From: Thalia democratica
Taxonomy: Eukaryota
DNA length: 64,000 bases
Assembly: GCA_965202585.1 (NCBI GenBank)
Contig: OZ241830.1
Location: 52,018,001 to 52,082,000 of the forward strand
Reading direction: 5' to 3'
The position numbers and the translations under genes are program-made. This document shows positions 12,600 through 27,080 of this stretch, piece by piece. How positions within the stretch are numbered: the stretch's first letter is position 1; each line of letters opens with the position of its first letter. The notes beneath the pieces were generated by a model, which was given only the letters and a program-made list of their open reading frames with translations, did not search any database and was not told the origin of the DNA.

Positions 12600-13400
12600 T
12601 TACACTAATTTAGCAGTGCTTTGTAAATGTTTAGGTATTTTGGTATGACCACTATCGGAAACTGAATATCTAAATGAATTTTTTTATAAGATCTTTATAG
12701 TGGTTGTTTTTGGCTGCTTCACTGAATGATAGAAACTGATAATATGAAAAAAAGTTTATAATCTCCTTGGTCATAAATTAAATACTTTAAGATATTATAC
12801 TGGAAATTTACAATTGATTTTAAGTTATCTATTAGTTCTGCAATATTTGTATTTGTCCAATTCACATAATTCTTAATAACATGGTTAATTGATTCTGACT
12901 GGTTTGTTGTCAACGGATTTAATAATTTGTTTTCCCACTTAGGTTGACTTACATACATAAAAATTTCTTCAATGAGCTTTTTTACACAACTTTCTGTTTT
13001 TTTATCCATCACAAAATTCAACATTTTTCCTTTAGTTTCTGCAAAACTGAACATACCTTTAGAATTAATTAATTTTTAAATATTCTTTTCATGTCTGTTT
13101 TCTGTGAATAGTCCATATAAAACTTTCTCAAATTATAAATTATGTTTTTATTAATATGTATATGGCACCTAAACTTTGTGCTGTTAGGAAAACTTTTGTA
13201 GATTGAATTTACAAGTTCTTGTTCACCATCTGAGAGGAAAGATAGTGTTGAAGTATTGAATGTAGGAGAAATAGCCTGTTTAAGTCTGAGAATACAATAG
13301 TTTCCTTATGATAGGGGTAAACTAAAACTACTAAAAATCTTTCTCCTCCTAGGTTTTTGAGATCAATACTATAAACAGATTTTTTGAAAATTTTCTTCAT
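12600..13400 (-). pseudogene. MULE-like transposase remnant
   Basis: ORF 12719-13054 contains TTNQSESINHVIK..W, resembling the TNNxxESxNxxLK motif of Mutator-type transposases. Boundaries are approximate. Confidence 0.55.
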
Positions 13401-13779
13401 GTTTTCAGAACTTCTTTTAAGTTTTTAAGGCAACAAGTATATTGATCTAACTATAGCATAAACTAATAAATATAAGGTAAATAACTATTTAAATAGTATA
13501 ACAACACTAAAAAAATACTGTAAAACTACTTAAAATGTGTTTTTAGTTCAATAAATTTTTTGATAGAAATAAAAACTCATATATATGGTAGATTTATCAT
13601 ATCTTATCAAAACTTTATTAATTTACATGCAGAAATAGTTTAAAAACCACATATATTTTGGTGATTTTTGTTTGAAATACCGTATTTTTCCTTTTTTTTT
13701 TAATTTCACAGACTCAAGGTTTTTCCAGTTTTTGTTTTAACTGTCAAGTTCCTGGATTCCAGGTATTTTGGCAACCCTG
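13400..13779. mobile_element. hAT-type MITE remnant related to 33126-33464
   Basis: Ends TTGGCAACCCTG and shares the internal ATACTGTAAA(A/G)CTACTT and TTCCAGG motifs. The left end is not defined. Confidence 0.5.
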
Positions 13780-16700
13780 TCAAATTTTAAGGAAATATAT
13801 CTTTGAATATTTATAAAAAGAAAGAAAACAAAATAAAAGATGACAATAAAAACCTACAGTACCCTCTAATATAATTTTATATCTCAAAAATTTGTTTTAG
13901 TATCTGTATAAGGCTACTTGTGGTTTACTTAAAAATCTGTAAAATAACATCAAGTTGTAATAAAAGTGATCTACACCCTTCCTGTAACTACACTAAGTTT
14001 TTTTTGAATTTTTTTCAATTTTTTATAAATTTAACATACTTTTTTAATTACAAGACTTATTTATTTTTCTAGAAAAAAAAAGTGATCAGAATATTAAGTT
14101 ATTCTAGGATTTTATACAATATTCCAAGATTCCAATAAACATCTAGATTTGATGACCATCATTTTAGCTTTATTTTAAACTAAAAAAATGCTAGGTTTTA
14201 TTGAATTGCATAACTTATGTATAACTAGTTTAAATTTTTTCTATAACTTAAGGTCATCAATAATAAACTATAAAGGAAAAATTAATAAAATAAGAGCTTA
14301 ATTTGTTTTTGAGTTTGAAATTGTAACTTACACAAAAAATATCAGAGTTAAAAATTATATTTCTATAACTTTAATAACAAAAGGAAATGTTTTGTAATAT
14401 TTCATTATTTTATTCAGATTTAATCATTTTCATACTTAAAAAATATACAATGTGAATTTATCATAGGCTTAGGCAGCAATTTTGCTTTGTTTACAAAGTT
14501 TGAGCTTCACAACTACCAAAGTAAAGTTAATAACGTCATCAAAATATTGGGTACTTTTTTTGAAAAATTGCTGCAATCAAAAGTACCCAATATTTAAAAC
14601 TACCCATAAAAAGTCCCATCGATAAATAAACTTTTTTGAATGAGTGACTTATGTATAAATTTTTTTGTTAAAACCAGAACCAAACTATTCAAAAAAAAAA
14701 AGAGTATAAGACAATTTTTTTCAGCTATAAAATTTCAAATCTAGTTTTAGATCTTACTAATTAGATTGTGAGACTTCCAACATTTTTTTCATCTGCGTTT
14801 GTTTTGTTTTTTAATCAAAGTAGCTTAATAATATTTCTATTAAGTTTAAAAACAATACTTCTAATATAATTTATTATTGCATGTTTATTGTCAATACGAT
14901 TGTCCCAAGCATCAAAACCTGGACTACTTAAAATAAAAGACACATAGCGAAGAGACGAAAAATAAAAACAATTACATAAACGTTCATATTGTTTAAAATC
15001 AAAGTTTTTTTTTTCTTTAAACACTGAACAAATTTTTATTAATGGTATGTTTAACAATATTTTATTCTGTATTAATAATAGTTAAAAAAGAAACATTTTA
15101 AAGCTTGTAAAAACCTAAGTAAAAATATGATACCAAACTAAAAATTATACAGAAGTCTTTAAAGACTTAAAAGTAAGGTATAAAATAAGTTCACATTTAA
15201 GACTACAGATCTTACAACAAGTAGTTTTAGTTAGTAAGTTTAATGATTTTTGACAGGATACATAAACTATAATGATTAAACTTCTTAAGTTTATAAATTG
15301 GCTGATTATCTTTAATAACAAGGAAACGATTTTGCAGTGATTTTTAAAAACTATAAGCTTTAAAATTAATGTCATTTGTTCAAGTTAAATGACAAAATTT
15401 AACATTTGAATTGACTAAATAACAAATTAATCAATATTTGTCAGACATTGTTTCAATAATTCTAACGGGGGTTCGACTACGACTTTTATTAAATTGACCA
15501 ATTTTTCGGAAATTTTATCAAGTAGATAAAGGATTTTTTAACAAACTGTTTTTTAGTTCTTTTAGAAAAGAATATTTTTTTTACCTTTTTTTACAAGCAT
15601 TTATTTAGTACAAATCCTTATCTTTAATAATATAGCTTTATGCCGGTTTTTTCTACAGGCCTTATGTTTTCCACCGTTATTCTGCAATAAAGTTGAGCTA
15701 ACTGAAAGATAATAAACCTAATCAACTTTAAATATTGAAAACAAGTTTTAGATTTTTTTCTAGTTTTTAGTATTCTGCAATATACTAAGTAAAAAGTTTA
15801 CTTCTGAATTTATATCTTTTTTATTTTATTAGTGTTATTTTAGTAGTTTTAGTTAGAATTTAATTGAAAAAAGTATACCATAGAAAATAATTGAGTAAAA
15901 TGATATTTTTAAAAGTTAAACGTTTTTAAATGCATAATACTAAGAATTTTATAAAAAAATTATAAAAATAAATGTTATTATCAAAACTAGTAGTTTCAAT
16001 TAAGTTAAACTTTTAAATTTACTGCGTCTAAAAATTATAGATCCAGTATCCAGATCTCAATTTTATAAAAGTATCCGGGTCTGGTAATTCACTGATAAAT
16101 TGCATTAACAGGATGATATCTGTTTGCTTTCAATAAAAATATGTGTGGAGTCTGTTTGAAACCAGTTCATTTCTGAATTTAAAAAGTACACCAATGGCAT
16201 ATCTTTCTAAGTTAGACGTTTAATTCTGTTTTTGACATCAAAAGTAAATTTACTATTAACATTAACTACAAAACAAAAACCGATTTTTACGCGATGCAAT
16301 TATTACGCTCAACAAAAATAAGAATCATTAAACAGTTTCTATCACTCAATTAAAAGACTGCATTAATAAAAAATGTAATTGTTAACACTTTGACATAATC
16401 ATTAAGACCTCAGAGTTTTTTAAGTGATAAAAATATATATAGCAAAGTTTTTATATTAATTTTTTAAAGTATTTATCTAAAATAGATTTGATCATTTTAA
16501 ACTTGGAAATATAAGAGATTAAAACGGCTATTTTCTTTTCTTTTACTACTTTAGTATGTTCAAGCATTACTTAAGCTGTTTTTGTTCTTAAATAGAAGGA
16601 AACAAATCAAGTGAGTATTAGTTTATTGGCTGTAAGATAAATACAAATCTGACAAGCAAGGAAAAAAAATATTTTTGAAAAACTCTATCTCAAAAATTAA

Positions 16701-19700
16701 GTTGAATATAACCACAGTAAGTTTTATACTGAACAAATAAAAAAACAAAGAAATATTATTTAAAAATTAAGTTAATAGTTTATGAAAATAATAGGTTATA
16801 CATTAGTAAATTATCGTTACTTTTGTTTTGGTTTTAAAGTAACTAACGTTTTACACAAACTAGTTTATAAAATTAAAAATTTGTGAAGTGCTCCAGACCA
16901 ACTGGTGGTAGGCTATACTACTAATTTAATAAGTTAGTTTTTAGAATTTAGTTATTGACTGTTTTTTTTTTTGATTTCCGTAAACACTAAAAGCCCATAA
17001 ACTATTTATTTTTTTTAAGTCTGGCTCACTACTTATATTAGGCTTCTGACACCTGCTTTAAGTGTACTCTTTTTTGTCATTAGTTTTTTCAACAACAATC
17101 TTATCAGTAACAGTTGGTCCTGTAAAAGTATAGTTTTTATGGTCAATAATATAATTCATTCAGCTTAAATTAAGATATAGCTTCAAAAAAATATGAGTAC
17201 TTATAAATGGACAGTATGTGACTAATTGAATTTCTTAACTACTAAAATATTGTTTTTACCTTCAGTGTTATAATTATCGATAGTAACTACAAAGAATTGA
17301 AAACATAAACGCTAACGACGATGGTCAATTGACTGGTATGAAGAAATACCTTTTGGTCATCGAGCTACTCACTATATCCTTTGTAAGCTTTGTTTTAAGC
17401 TTTTCTAACTTTTATAGTAATAAAAAACTACGTATTTAAAACTATAAGTCTAAAAACTAGTTTTTTGCAGGTTTTCGGCACACAAGTTTTAATTCAGTTG
17501 TCATACTGTTGCGCTACTCGAAGTTTAATACTTTTTATTTTTGCATATCACCTAAAAGAATTTAATCATTGAACATTAGTAATCTATAAAAACTGGTTGT
17601 ACTAAAAAATTAACAAATGAAACTTAAAAAATAATCAATATAACTATAATAATCCTAAATAACTTAACAAATTAGTCATTTTTATTTAAGTTCTTATACG
17701 ATTGTCAGTCGCGTTACAACATTGGGTAGGTCGCTTATAAGAAGTATATTCTAGTTACTGATTGTTTACGGAATTTAGTTGTTCAACATATATAATTTAC
17801 TGTTTACAATTTGACAAGTGTTACATATCAACTCTATGATTATTAATTAAACAAATACCGTTTACTGCAAACAAAGCCTGAAATTTTTCGTAGCTTAAAA
17901 CAATATTTAAATAAATAAATGGTTTGGACACTATAAGCATCTTTAAAAGTGTTTGTATGTTTTAAAAATATTTTTATTAACTTTAATAAAAGTTTTATTT
18001 GAAACAACATTTTTATAATTGATGCCATTACTTTAAGTGAGAAAATTTGTAAAAAGTGTTTAGTTTTTAAATTAAAGTCATTAGACCTGGGTAAATATTA
18101 AGTGAAGTAAATAAATTTTACTTTAACTATTTAACTTTTTACATTTATTACTAATCATTTTTAGATTATATTCAGTGATTGTAAACTATATTAATAGCTA
18201 TCAATTGCTAAATTAAAATTACTTTTCATTATTGACTTGCTTTCATAAAGAGGCATTCCATAACTGATTTGCAACTTGTAGGTTTTTTCGGAGGTACTAC
18301 GAAAACTAATTATGTATCCATGCTGTTATAAAACCTTATAGTTAATTTGTTAAAAGTTTATTAGAATCTGGATATGTTACTATTACTGTAGTTATGTAGA
18401 GTTAATTTAGAATTGAAAGTGGTTCATTTCTTTAAATACAAAATAGACTAAACTAAAGTTTGTTTTTTAAAGCCTTAATTCGAAAACACAATTTATAACA
18501 AACTTAACATTTTGAAAAATACTCGAGTTGTATTACATTGTTTTTAAGTATTTTACTTTAAAAAAATAAACAGTTTAAAATGTATATAAACGTATTAAAA
18601 TTAAAAATTACCTTAAAGCATTGACAAATATTCAAGTCTTTTTCTTTCAGTTTTTTTAAAAGTTTTAATAATCGTTTGTGAACTATTAAAATTACTTTTA
18701 ATCTTCCTTCAACCATAAACTTTACTGCCTAGAATTCATAGTCTAATTTAACTAAATAAATAAATGTGTATTGGGTAACAAATTTTAAAATAAGTACTAA
18801 AAACTGCTTATTGCAAAAATTTAGTTTTAAAACTAAAAAAACCTGGAAAACTATTTATATAATTACTGGTTTAACTAGTTGTAACTAATAAACAACTCTG
18901 TTTACTATAACAATTACTGACTATTTCCAATAAAAAAGGTCATAGTGTTTGAATGACTTACTAACAAAATAGTGCTTTTTTATATTTTATATTAAAATTT
19001 GTTGAGTTTCTAGACATGCGTTTTATTGCTATTTAGATTACATTTATAAAACCTTTAAACAACACACAATGTTCTTCTCTTAGAATACTTTTTTATAATA
19101 ATACTTTTTAATAGAGTAATGTTGTTAAGTTTAACGTATACCTCTTCTAAAGCGGGTGCACGACTATTCAAAATCAGAAAATTCAAATTCCGAGAATTCA
19201 AATTCATAAAAAAAAACTGAATGGGTCACAATTAAAAAAGTTATGTTTATTTGTCAAATATAGGAAATTCATATGTAGGTCCAACTAATATCTAAAATCT
19301 GTTTTTTCTTTTTACGAAACATTAAATATTTTTTTGAGATATGGTGTAAATATAGTAAATTTCATAGTTATTTTTTGTAGTTTTGAATTATCTGAAAAAA
19401 TATTTATTATTTTGCAAAATATAAAAAGTGGCTTATTCTGAGGATTGGCTTCGCTCGCATGTTCTGAGGATGGGAGACAAGCGAGTGTAGCGAGTTGTTG
19501 TTGGCAAACGCATCTGCGGTTTGTCTATATTACGTTATAAGAATATCTGCAAGTACAACCTAACCAGCTTGAATTTTTGCCTTGATAATTGGAATGAGCT
19601 TGGTATTGACCGAGACAAATGACTTATCTTAAATCTGCAAAACACTAAAACAACGATTCTTAAACTGGGGAAAATTCATTTATTTTAGAGAGTAAATTTT

Positions 19701-20738
19701 TCTTACCACAATTTATGTGAACTAATGTTTAATAATCATCCTTCACATTTAAAATTTAGTATTTAGCTGTAATTTTTTATATATCATAAGCTTAAAGTTC
19801 AAATATTTTTTTTTGCCTTTAAACTAATTAAAATCTGTATATTGGGGGTAAATTTGGTGATTACTTTCCATAAAAGGCTGAAATTTGAATAAATGTTAAG
19901 AACCGCTGGACTAAAATAGGAGAAAAGCAATACTTAAAGAAACCGAAGCAGAAAAATAACGAGTCCTAATAAACTTTATTTTTATTTATAATTTTAATGC
20001 AGCTCTGTTTTATTTTCTACATGACTAAATTTTCAAGCCTATTACAACTGATAGCATGCCTATTATTTTTATTGTCGTGTAATAAAACTATTTATTTTAA
20101 ATAATTAAAATTTATTAAAAACTTGTCTGTTTTTATAAATTTTAAGAACTATTTGTCACAGTTCACCTAATGAATTTAAAAGTCCCTTTTAAACCTGCGA
20201 ATAATGGTGGGTTTACAATCACCGGATAATAGGAGTAAGGAGTTGAGAAATGAGTCTGAATCTAGTCCTGTCTCTCCTTAATTAAACTACTATTTTGTTT
20301 ACTAGACACTCTAGTGTTTTGCTTGCTTATTATATTAACTTTTTTACTTAACTTACCTTAATCAGATTTAGTTACAACTTAACTAAATGTAGACACAAAC
20401 AAATGGTGGTGCTTTTTTTAGAAAATATAGTTCTGAAAGTCTAATGACATAAAAAGTGTTTATATCAATAAATATAAAAATAACATACTTAGCTTTAGAA
20501 TTCGAGTTTCAACAAAAGTTTTAAACTTATAAAACTATTACAAATAAGAGTTAAAAAACAAAAAAAAAATAAAACTTAGTAGCAACCACTAAACAGATTA
20601 GCAAGAATATAACTTTTAAAAATATGCTTTTTAAATAATATTTTTATAAAACTAGGGGTTTACAGCACTTAAAAAATGTAAAGTAAAACTGATACCAAAA
20701 GCTTATGCCTTATGTGAACTCGAAGTTGTAGTACATAT

Positions 20739-23020
20739 CAGGGGCGTCGCGTGGGGTGTTGCACTGCCGCAACTGCACCACCTTGAAATTTTGTAAGAAA
20801 AAAAAAAGTATCTATAACGTTTTCGTTATTTTTTTGAACGAAATCTCTTTTAAAACTTCAGTCTTGAAAACGACCATTTTGCCCACTTCACTGCCGCAAA
20901 CTCTTAGCTGACTGCCGCAAATGAACTCAAAAAAGCAAAATTTCTTCAAGAATTACCGCAAAATCAATATCTTGCGGTAAGTAAGCTAAGTTGAAAATTC
21001 CCTAAAACAGGACTGCTTAAGTATCATCTACAAGCTATTGTAAACATAAAATAAAAACAAAGCTAAGCTACTGCAAAGGATTAAACTTGAGTTTATGTAC
21101 CCACATGATTTTTTAAATTTAACAGATCACTTCTATTAAAAGATTTGTCATAAATTGCATATTTTGAAAAAAAGATAAAAACCCTAAATCACCAAAGTCT
21201 TAAAAATTTGATTTTTTATTTTAATCTGCATACATAAACTTAACTATAACTGATTATTGTTATCATAAAGTTAATAAAATAAATAATAAAACTTAAGTTC
21301 TGAAAAAAAGAATTAAGAAGTTTATTATAAACTTCTAGTTCACTCTTACAGAAAAATATTTTAGGTTTATATTAAATAAAAAATAGTATTATTTAAACAA
21401 TCACATATTTAAATAAAGTAAATAGCCTTAACTTAGAAACTTTGATTACTTAAAGTAGTTTAACATTTTAGGAAAATTTAGTCTACCTCTACTTTATATG
21501 ACTTTTGGTTTAGTTTTTTCATAAACAAAGCAAAAAAAATAGATAAAATTGTTGAAACATGGTTGCCTTGCCTCATAATCAGGATAACTTAGAAATGTTA
21601 AAAACTGAAGATGACCCAATATAAATTAAAACAGACCAAATTAGAAAAATATTCAGGCTGACTAAAGCAGTTTTAATTTTTACTCTGAAAATAACAAGCT
21701 TATTTAAAATTAAAAATAAGTGTTTTACTCCTATGGCCACATGAAAACTAACTAACCAAATTTTTACTTCTATAATGGTTACATATTTATAAGTTATCTT
21801 TAAAATTTATGAAAAATTCAACAGCCTCACAACTAAACTTAAAAAAGTTGAGCTCCTGACAAAAATACTGTCATCAAAATGAAAAAGAAATTAAAATTAT
21901 GTAAAGAAAAGATACCCTTAAAAACCTATTGAATTTTAAAACTCCAACAAAAAACATTAAAATTAGAAAAAAAGTTTATAAAAATTTTAATGTTTGTAAA
22001 AAAAAAAGTGCAAATTAGTAAGGGGGGAGGGTGTATAGGCACTTTTTTACATGTTGTTCTTATTTTAACTTTTTCAGAAAGGCTAATAGTTACTCTTTAA
22101 TAAACTTGAAATTTCCAATTAAGCTTTTAGTTACAACCAGTCAAAGCCAGAGAGTACAATGATTTATTATACAAGGAGCAAACCAAAACAGCAAAAAATA
22201 CAATTTTACTGAAAACCTATATTCTCCATCATTTTTAAAACAATTTTTAATTAAACTTTTTCATCCTAATTTTGATAAAATTTTATACTTTTGTTGAAGA
22301 GAAGTTTTAAATTTTTAAGTATCAATATATATTTTTATATATACAAAAAAAAAACTTTTGTTATAACTTTTTTTTTTGGTGTTTTAAATTTCTAATTTAG
22401 CAATTTTTTTTTGTTTTATAAAAGAAACATCTAAAGATTTTGAGGCCAACTTATAAAAAAAAGATATGATTTTAGTGATTTGATTTATTTGTTGTTTGAG
22501 TTTATATTATAAAAATAAGGATTCATTTGTACCTCTGACTGTGAATTATCATATCTCAAAAATTTTAATGAATTTTTAATATTGATAAAAGATGACTTGT
22601 AGTTAAATTAAAACTGTATAAAGTAATTTCAGTAAAATAATTCTAAAGTAGATGTTAAGGGCATAAAGGGGAGGAGGGGGGGGGGAGTTAAAACATTTTT
22701 TTAAACACTGTTTTAGTTTGTGCCTCCCATTATGAACCTTTTGTTGCCTTTGACTTTGACCGGCTATATCTTAAAACATGTACTGAATTTTTAAAATCTG
22801 TAAAATGCATCTTGTAGCTTAGTAAAAACTACATAAAATAAGATCAAATTGTGAAAAAAGTGTTTTATCCCCCCTATGCCCTTAAAAGCAAAGCTTATCT
22901 TCAGGTGTAGCAAAAGTTCAGTTGTTTTCAAACTTGACAGTAAAAATATGTTTTTATTAAAATAATTGATTCTTTTTTTAATTCTGCACCACCTAAAAAA
23001 AATACCACGCGACGCCACTG
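20739..23020. mobile_element. Non-autonomous hAT element, copy 2
   Basis: Same TIRs as copy 1. Perfect 8-bp TSD GTACATAT at 20731-20738 and 23021-23028. Confidence 0.95.
22659..22881. mobile_element. Kolobok-like MITE nested in hAT copy 2
   Basis: Same sequence as 9176-9399, with TTAA on both sides. Confidence 0.7.
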
Positions 23021-23739
23021 GTACATATTATAAGACTTATTAGCAAAACAAATAATAAAGTTCTTACGAAAGACTGAACGTTTTAAAATAAAAACTTGTT
23101 AAAGTTTAACTGCTTTAGTTTATACTTATTGGTACACGACAATTCAAATTCTTTAATTATTTTCGTAGTTATTGTGAATTATCTTTTATTATATATAAGT
23201 ATTTCTAAATCTACTTTTACTATTATGATCTTATTAGTTAGACCTAAATGTACATTTTTTCCAAACTTAAAATATCTTTAAAAATAAGTATAACAAAGTT
23301 TTAAAACTTAGTAGAGTATTGCAATTTTTAGTAACTAAAAATTTTCTTCTTAAGGCTATAAAATTTTCAATATTTTTACCATTATGTTCTAATTAATTAG
23401 TCTTACATGAGCATTTTTTAATCCAAATTTAATTGTGTTTGAGACGTGGTTCTCTAAAAATATTTATAAGAACTTTAGCTGTCTTAATATGAGTAGTCAT
23501 GTATACTTTATGTAACTCAGAATAATGCCTTAGCAACTAAATAACAAAATAGCACGAAATCTGATTGCCCTTATGACCATTTTTTGTTTGTTATTTAAAA
23601 AAAAACAGTTTAAATTTTAATTGGATCAAACAAAAACTTGTTAAAATTATACCTTAAAATAAAATTTAACAAGAAACTAATTACTTTAAAATTACTTAAT
23701 ATAAGGATTAAAAAAGTCTAGTTTGGTATACAAACTTTT

Positions 23740-24170
23740 TCTGCTTACATAAACTGATCCTTAAAGATTGAATACTGATCGACCTCTAAGTGGAATTTAC
23801 AAAGATGTTTCTCCCACCCATGAAAAAAGTAACATCATCTATAAATTTAGTTGTCACTGTGGTAGTGACTACGTGGGAAAATATCTCAAAGGTTTCATGT
23901 AAGAATCGATCAGCATGTTTTAAAAGTCTTGAAAAGCTGGTTTGATGGCCGTTGGGAGAAACAAACGAAAAAATACTTCTTGGCGATTGGGCAACATTTG
24001 TTGGACAATCCTGAGTGTGCTAAAAATTATAAAAACGAGAACTTTTAAGTCTTAGTGAGAGCGGAGAACTCTTTTCAACTGCATATTCTGGAAGCCTTAT
24101 GTATCCAATCTTTAAGGCCCAGTGTATGTAAGCAGAAAAAGTTCGTATACCAAACTAGACTTTTAAAACT
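23740..24170 (+). mobile_element. PLE GIY-YIG 3' fragment
   Basis: LNTDRPLSGIYKDVSPTHEKSNIIYKFSCHCGSDYVGK...HVRIDQHV, frameshifted. Confidence 0.8.
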
Positions 24171-24190
24171 TTTATATTAAGTAATTTTAA

Positions 24191-24876
24191 GGGCATAGGG
24201 GGGTCCGAAATTTTTTTCCATAAAAATAACATGAGATCCTACATGAAAGCATAAAGTACAAACTACAAGCAAGTTTTTACAGAATTAATAAATATTATTT
24301 AACTTTTGATATATTGTAATTTTTATAAAAAGTTTCCGATACAAATGTATGTACTGCAAATTTTTCGGGGTCATTTTTCTCGGAAATTTAAAAAATCACT
24401 AAAAACCTATCTTTTCCTTCATTTCTTGAGCTAGAGACCTCAAACTTTCAGAAAATGTTCCTTATATTGTTTGTAAGACTTTCAATGTTGTAATTTTAAA
24501 AATATTAAAAAATAAAAATTTTAGATAAAAAAAACAAAAACAATAGGTGTTTTTTTTTAATGAAAATTTTCTTTTTCGAAATTAAAAAAAATCCTGCATT
24601 CAATCTTTTTAAAATTTAATTTTACATTTTCTGTAAAAAATTGAAGAAGATTGCTTAAAAAATAAAGAAGGAGATAGATTTTTAGTGAAATGGTCTTTTT
24701 TCGCGTTTTTAGTTTGCGCCTTCTATTAGGAACCTGTTGAGATCACCGACTTTGACCTCTCATTCTCAAAAAATACTTTGAGTTTTTTCAAACGGTTAAA
24801 AATGTCTTATAGCTCAGATAAAACTTTATAAAATAAGATCAACTTGTAAAAATCAAGGTGGACCCCCCCTATGCCC
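24191..24876. mobile_element. Kolobok-like non-autonomous element
   Basis: TIR GGGCATAGGGGGGTCC / GGACCCCCCCTATGCCC, with flanks TTAA and TAAA. Confidence 0.7.
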
Positions 24877-25771
24877 TAAAAGTAATTAGTTTCTTGTCAA
24901 ATTTTATTTTAAAGTGTATAAAAACTTATTAATAATGGTTCTGCTTGTGATTGAGCTGCCTGTTATTTTTCTCACAAGGATGATTTTCAATACACTCTAC
25001 ATTGCACTCACTGAATAATGATTGATTGGATCATTTTGCCTACACCTGTTTTAATGTTTTACTAAGCAGCAAAACTTGCCTCTTCAGTTTTAATATAAAA
25101 GTTAGAAGAGTCTTATTACACTCGGAATTAGTTTTAAATCAAATGCTAAATATTAAAAAAAAGTTTGTTTTGGTACTAATCTTTAATACAGTATTTGTTT
25201 GTAATTTACTCATTCAAAAAGTTCGAAAAGTTTATTTATTACTTTCGTTTAGCACTCAACAGATAAAGTTGCTAAAAACTGACATAAGTATAGTATAAAA
25301 TTTATAAGTACATACTCAAAATTTTTTCTTTAAATTTAATTAAAAATACTTACGTCATGAAAAGTAAAATGTAAATAGTAGTTTGTGTAAAGTTTTAAGT
25401 TTTTGACTAAGTAATTATTTCTGATTTTAAATACGTTTGAAATAGAGTTTGTAGAACAAAGTTTGGATATTTACCGAAACATATTTAAAGATATATTAAA
25501 TATTACAAAAACCGGCAACAATATCAATAAAAAAACCTGCCTATGATATAGTTTTAAATTATACACATCGCTTTGTAAAAAATGTTTTGCTAATAAGTTC
25601 AAATTGTCAACGATTCTAAAACTGAGAGGTGCTAAGTGTTTCTCGCTTTAGATATAATTTCGAATATATTATCTACGTAGCTCTCAGCATAAATAGGACT
25701 GTTAAGGAAGTGTTCATGGATGGATAATTGTTATCTTTTGGGTTTTCCGCGGCAGTTAAAAATAAGAATTT

Positions 25772-26140
25772 TTAGACTTTTCGTAACATGTTGCACTCTT
25801 GTATTTTAAAACGTTTAGATGTACGAACTACGTAATCATAACCGCATTGATAATTAAAAATGTATACTACATTATTCAGTTCATAGGTAGGAATGTAATC
25901 TTTGAATATTCCGTTGAGCGGGCGGTTGGTGTTGTACATAATACGTAGCGAAACGCTATTAAAGTTCGATTTAATGATAAGTGAAATTTGCCTAGTTAAA
26001 CTGATTGAGTTTTCACTCATGTAGGGAAGGCGGAGTTAGACTGAGCAAGGATATGGATCGAAGGAGGGTAAGCGATTCTTTTTGGCCTGTATTGTCTCGA
26101 TAGTTTCCTGTTTACTGTTGTAGGGTAACCTAATGAAAGA
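25772..26140 (-). mobile_element. PLE linker/GIY-YIG fragment
   Basis: YNTNRPLNGIFKDYIPTYELNNVVYIFNYQCGYDYVVRTSKRF. Confidence 0.8.
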
Positions 26141-26439
26141 AAAAAAAAATGTGAATATCTTCTAAATTAGAATCCAAACAGACGGCCGTGAAAATCTTAA
26201 TGGTACTATTTGTCTAGCATTGTATGATCTTTAATTTTTGTTTAGTTGGACAGAAAAAATTTAAAGAGATATAACTTGGAGCAAAATTATTTTTTTGTAC
26301 ACGAAAGTAGAAAAAAAAATTGTCTCTGTTTCTAAAAATATTAGTGTCTAAGAAATAGTTATTTCCTAAAATTTATATTTTATAAATAAAAACTATACAT
26401 TTATCCATCTTACCAAGCTTAGCAAATAACTACTATACT

Positions 26440-26572
26440 TGGCTAGGTAAGCTTCAGTATCAACTAAATCGAAATTTATTAGAATTTTGCTACGTAATAT
26501 GTACAACACCAACTGCCCGCAAAACAGATTACTTAAAGGTGCAACACCTATCCACAAATTGTCACTAGTAAC
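26440..26572 (+). mobile_element. PLE fragment, left part, interrupted by the CR1
   Basis: YNTNCPQNRLLKGATPIHKL is homologous to 5697-5760 and continues at 30719. Confidence 0.7.
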
Positions 26573-27080
26573 ACATCAAATAAATGCTGAAACTGAGAGG
26601 AAATTGAAAGAAAAAAAATCTTTAAATGTAATAGTATTTAATATTCCAGAAAACATTAGCAATACATCAGTTTATACGGTAGAAAATGCAAAAAATGACC
26701 TGAATAAAATACAAAGTTCTCTAGGTTCCAACAAGATAGCTGAAACTGAATTAGATACAATATACCGTATCGGTAAATACAACGGCAATAAAACGAGACC
26801 AATAATTTTGAAGCTACTGACACAATCTAGCAGAAAACGACTGTTGAGTCTAAAAAACCTTAAAATACAGCATCTGGGAAAACAAATTAGTATCTACATT
26901 AATATTGATCGAACAAAATCAGAGATGGAACATTTTAGAAAATTGAGAATTGAACTAAAACAAAAACAAGCAGAAGCTGAAAGTAAAAATTTGAACATAA
27001 GATACGTTATAAAACAAAACAAAATAGTTGAAAGTACTCAACTGCCCTTTCGGTTTAACGCCAAGGATCTCTGGGCCTAA
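26573..27080 (+). CDS. CR1 ORF1 protein, C-terminal part (5'-truncated)
   Basis: NVIVFNIPE...RIGK...RPIILKL...IYINIDRT..E...K.LR is the usual ORF1 RRM/CTD pattern. It overlaps ORF2. Confidence 0.8.

Noticed and set aside
14542-14595. 17-bp perfect inverted repeat with a 20-nt loop
   Set aside because: It is real but isolated and AT-rich, with no TSD or other context; most likely a MITE remnant.
17266-17335. Plus-strand EF-hand-like exon (ENINANDDGQLT)
   Set aside because: The best acceptor puts two stop codons in frame, and no partner exons were found.
26487-26572. N-terminus of the 197-aa ORF as a novel fusion protein
   Set aside because: It is a chance in-frame join of an old PLE fragment to the truncated CR1 ORF1 at the insertion junction.
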